This document shows, one piece after another, positions 52,601 to 55,969 of a stretch of 55,969 bases of DNA (the stretch's first letter is position 1; every line of letters begins with the position of its first letter). Source of the DNA: Folioceros fuciformis (lineage: Eukaryota); contig JBNGIO010006320.1 of the NCBI GenBank assembly GCA_049999805.1, forward strand, positions 227,624 through 283,592, given 5' to 3'. Under the pieces are notes generated by a model. It saw only the letters and a list, made by a program, of their open reading frames with translations. It made no database searches and had not been told where the DNA came from. A program made the position numbers and the translations under genes.

Positions 52601-53236
52601 CAAGCAATCAACTCGACAAGCAATCAACTCTTCTAAAGAAAATCGTGAGACAAAAGATGAAGGCGCTCTCAAAGCCAGCGTTCCTTCTGCTCTCAACACA
52701 TTAAGTTCATCATAATCGGGAAACTCTACAAACTGATAAGCGCTTGGTTTATTATCGCGTGATCCAAGCATGGTATGGCATGCTAAAGGGGACACACCCC
52801 CTCTCACTAGGTTGTTTTACAAACACACGGTTTATGTGTCCCCTTTGGGGCGTACGCAGTTTGAAGGCCAAAACCAAACCGGACAATTCACACAGATGCA
52901 TGTGAAAAAAATTGTGTGGAGGCCACTTGAAAGACGTTTCCTCATATTGATAAAAACCCTAAGCCCTAAGCCCCATGCGATACCTATGCCCTCCAAAATA
53001 GGAATATTTTATATAGATTCAATTGGGTATCGGCGCTGTAATAAATTCTAAAAAAAAAATATTCTATGAAAATCCAGTCCTAGGAAATAGAAACCTCTAT
53101 GATAAGTTTATGGTCTTTTTTTTCCCGTTGGTGCGGAGTCCGGTTTGGTCGGTGTAAAAATGGACACGAAAAAGAGATACCCATACACGCAGGGTTTACG
53201 AGGGCATGATCGCATACTGCAAGATCGCGTTCAACT

Positions 53237-53356
53237 CACGGGACGGAGCATGAGAACTGGTAAGGCCCCACGGGACGGAGCATGAGAACTGGTAAGGCCN
53301 NNNNNNNNNAGAACTGGTAAGGCCCCACGGGACGGAGCATGAGAACTGGTAAGGCC
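53237..53356. repeat. 32-bp tandem repeat in the right inverted-repeat arm, spanning an N gap
   Basis: cacgggacggagcatgagaactggtaaggccc at 53237 and 53269, continuing after the gap at 53300-53309. Confidence 0.9.
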
Positions 53357-53907
53357 GCGTCGTTGGGCGAAACGAAATGGCGCCGTAAGGCCTGACATAG
53401 CAGTACCGCACGGGCTGTGGCAGGCATTAACTTCCATCGGGGGTATCGATGTGTAGGCCCGCCGAGTCTCTTGATAAACTGTATTCACGGCATGACACAA
53501 GGACGCGACACATGTCAGAATATGCCATCACAGCTCCCGTGTTTCGTACCAAGGCCATCAGCACCAGCCCCGCACGCAACCACGATTCAAACAGCATGGG
53601 CAATATAAATAATTCAGCGGCCATGGATGCCAGACGGCACAACTGTGAGCAGGAGTCCACAATTCCTGCCGAATCCAGCGCCTTTTTTAATCACTCCTCC
53701 TCCCTTCTTCCAGGGCTAAGGACACGGAATCCAGCAAAGCCCTCCACGCATTTCACATGTTGTCGTCGGCTTTACAGCACTGCTGCAAGCAGATAGGCTA
53801 ATGAATGAAAACCGGATGCAGACATGACGATAGAAAGGTCCTGCCTAATTCTGAAGCCTGCACGTTACATCTCCTGGCCATGTGGGCTATGACGAGCATT
53901 CATGGGT

Positions 53908-54413
53908 GGCTGCGTCTCAATCTCCGAAGCGATGAATGCTTCACTCGTGTGAAATCCTACGTGGTATTTCTTGCCCCGTCCATCCAACGAACTCCGTACG
54001 CCTAAGGCTAGCCAGCTCACATACGGTTTTGTCGCGACGCATTGCGCCATGCGCGTACGCTCTGTAGGCAGTAGAACCGGGCGGGCTGAATGAAGCAGAC
54101 ACGATCCCTCCTGCGACCGCTCGCCGTGACCCGTTTCCTCCTCATCTTGTTCGCTTCCTCTTCGGCAGCCCCTGCTTTTTGAGGGAGGCCGAGATCGGGC
54201 CGGGAAGAGGAAGGACGGGAAGGGGGTTGGGCTGGAGAATAAGGATTTTAAGATCGCCTATGTTCCATGAATGTCTACTGCAAATTTATTTCAGGAGAAG
54301 GCCTGAAATGTGTTGCCAGATTCGATTGTCGATGGAGAATGCCCACGCAGAATTGCCCAAGCAATCCATGGAATGAAACACGCGTTCATCGCTTCGGAGA
54401 TTGAGACGCAGCC
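53908..54413. repeat. Inverted repeat pair with a 29-bp perfect core, MITE-like
   Basis: ggctgcgtctcaatctccgaagcgatgaa (53908-53936) pairs with ttcatcgcttcggagattgagacgcagcc (54385-54413). Confidence 0.75.
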
Positions 54414-54935
54414 TTCATGGGCAGGAGGACACCACAAGCACCGAGGCAATACCATCCATCACGACTCCACAGTACACCTCCCTCCAGTCCCTCATCACTC
54501 GTCTCGTCTGCTCCGGTCTGGTCTGGCTACACCAAACCAGTGAATCGTACAGCTTGTTCTGCAATTGCAAGCTCAGTGTACAAGACCCCAACGTCTCACC
54601 GTGTGAACCCACGTTAGACTGCACTGCACTGCACTGCACTGCTTTGCTTCAGCTGCACCTGGAATCTGTCAGTCCCAGGCCCATGCCCAGGCCCAGGACT
54701 CCGAAACTGGGATCCGCCTGCAACCTTCGTCAGCCTCGTCCCTGACACTACAGCACTCTTACTGTAACGATCCAGTTTATTTTACGACAAGGAGGCAAAC
54801 AAGACAAGTCAGGACGGCACGTCTGTTGTCGCGCTTTCAAATCTCGTACGCAGCTATGGTGCGCTGTATCGGGCTCCTACTGGTCATGTCGCGGGGCCCA
54901 CCACCTGAGACACCACCACTAGGGCCGGTCTCTGT

Positions 54936-55969
54936 TCATATGGGAATCTGGCTAGCTTTTTCTCGGTACAGCTGTGTTATAGCAGTTATCCAACTAATAT
55001 ATAAAATATTCGATATCAATTCAAATATTCCAAGGGACAAACTCCAGTACAATCAAAGGGGCAGAGTTCTTACATCTCCGGTGTCAAGTTTCTTGGACTC
55101 TTCAACCAGCCTAAAACTTTCAGCAGAACAATCTAAGAGGATAATCATATTTTATTCATCACATAATTTAATATACAGTACAACAACACAGTTCATAAAA
55201 ATCAAAACCCTTTCCTTACCGTCCTGTGGATGAGATTACATGAGCTTTGTCTTTGTGATTGCAGCAAGAAATGAGTTGCAATGTGTCTTACTTATCAATA
55301 AACACCTTGCTAAGAATACCCAAATGAGATGGGCTGCTCCTCAATGTCCCACCCACGTTGGATATCAATAAGCTTGAAAGAGTTGTCTCCATAGGAAGCA
55401 ATCTCTCCAATCCGCCATTGAAGCTTGTTTCGAAGTTCATCATTTTTCAAGACAAGGTAATAGAAGTCCTTGTTAGCAGTGACAAAGTGCCTATACTCAC
55501 GAGGGGCTATGAGGGAGTAAGAATTGGCAGCAGCAAGGCCCCACACCGTGTCCCACAATTTGAAGATGGTTTCTTGGTCTGTGATGCCTATGCATTCAAA
55601 GATTTGCTGAACATTTTTGCTGTGATCATCTGTATTGACTTCAGGGTACCACTGCCACGGCCATTGCTGCCATTGGTAATCAAGATCAAGCTCTTCATTT
55701 AAAGAAACATGAATTTTGGCTTTTGCAACGTACATAGTTTTCTCTAAGAGCCGTTTTTTGATCCACAATCCCAGTGGTGACCCCCTGCATACTCCTCGCA
55801 CAAAGAATTCAAAAGCTGGGTGATCACAAATGTAAACATGCTTAGGAATCAAATGCACCAAGAGGGATGGTGGAGGATTGCCTCTCACTACAAAATCTTT
55901 GCCTTGTAGCATCCTTGGAGGGAAGGTGTAAGTGGGTACTCCATGTCCTCCTAATTCTTGTCCAAGATA
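54936..55969 (-). CDS. 3' part of an unknown gene continuing beyond the window
   Basis: The frame is open from the window edge (YLGQELGGHGVPTYTFPPRMLQGK...) for ~220 codons to TAG at 55310. Alternatively it splices (TTT GG|GT) to exons 55110-55074 and 54971-54936, giving GLVEESKKLDTGD-LYREKASQIPI*. No domain recognised. Confidence 0.5.

Larger units (their letters stand above)
51048..53458. mobile_element. Probable non-autonomous DNA element (MULE/foldback-like) bounded by ~150-220 bp inverted repeats
   Basis: 51048-51196 (gcctatacatc..gatggaagttaatgcctgccac..cgtttcgcccaacgacgcggccttaccagttctcat..ccgtgagctgaac) is the reverse complement of 53229-53458. The interior is non-coding with ~160-bp repeats. 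No TSD identified. Confidence 0.55.

Overview
Gene-dense land-plant genomic DNA with short (~70-100 nt) GC-rich introns and five assembly N-gaps. The style suggests a compact non-seed-plant genome such as a hornwort, but this is inference only. Left to right: (1) a minus-strand tandem cluster of RLP-like LRR genes, with two intact 6-exon genes (922 and 886 aa) that lack a transmembrane or kinase domain and decayed copies between them; (2) peroxisomal SCP2, a small 3-exon plastid-targeted membrane-protein gene that the ORF track does not assemble, an RKF3-like SPARK-domain receptor kinase and a chloroplast STR11-like rhodanese; (3) a ~12 kb accessory island (19.9-31.9 kb) with serial micro-duplications, a (CATTC)n satellite and one very large spliced gene (~1750 aa) combining a TE-like N-terminal domain, a coiled coil, a variant RING finger, an acidic repeat tail, SUMO-interacting-like motifs and an NLS; (4) tomosyn/Lgl, a plastid VGT/pSuT-type sugar transporter, a group A MAPKK and a TauE/SafE transporter; (5) a repeat-rich end with two inverted-repeat elements and the 3' part of an unknown gene with AT-rich introns. 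The most novel candidates are the STUbL-like RING+SIM protein in the island and the membrane-anchor-less RLP-like cluster.
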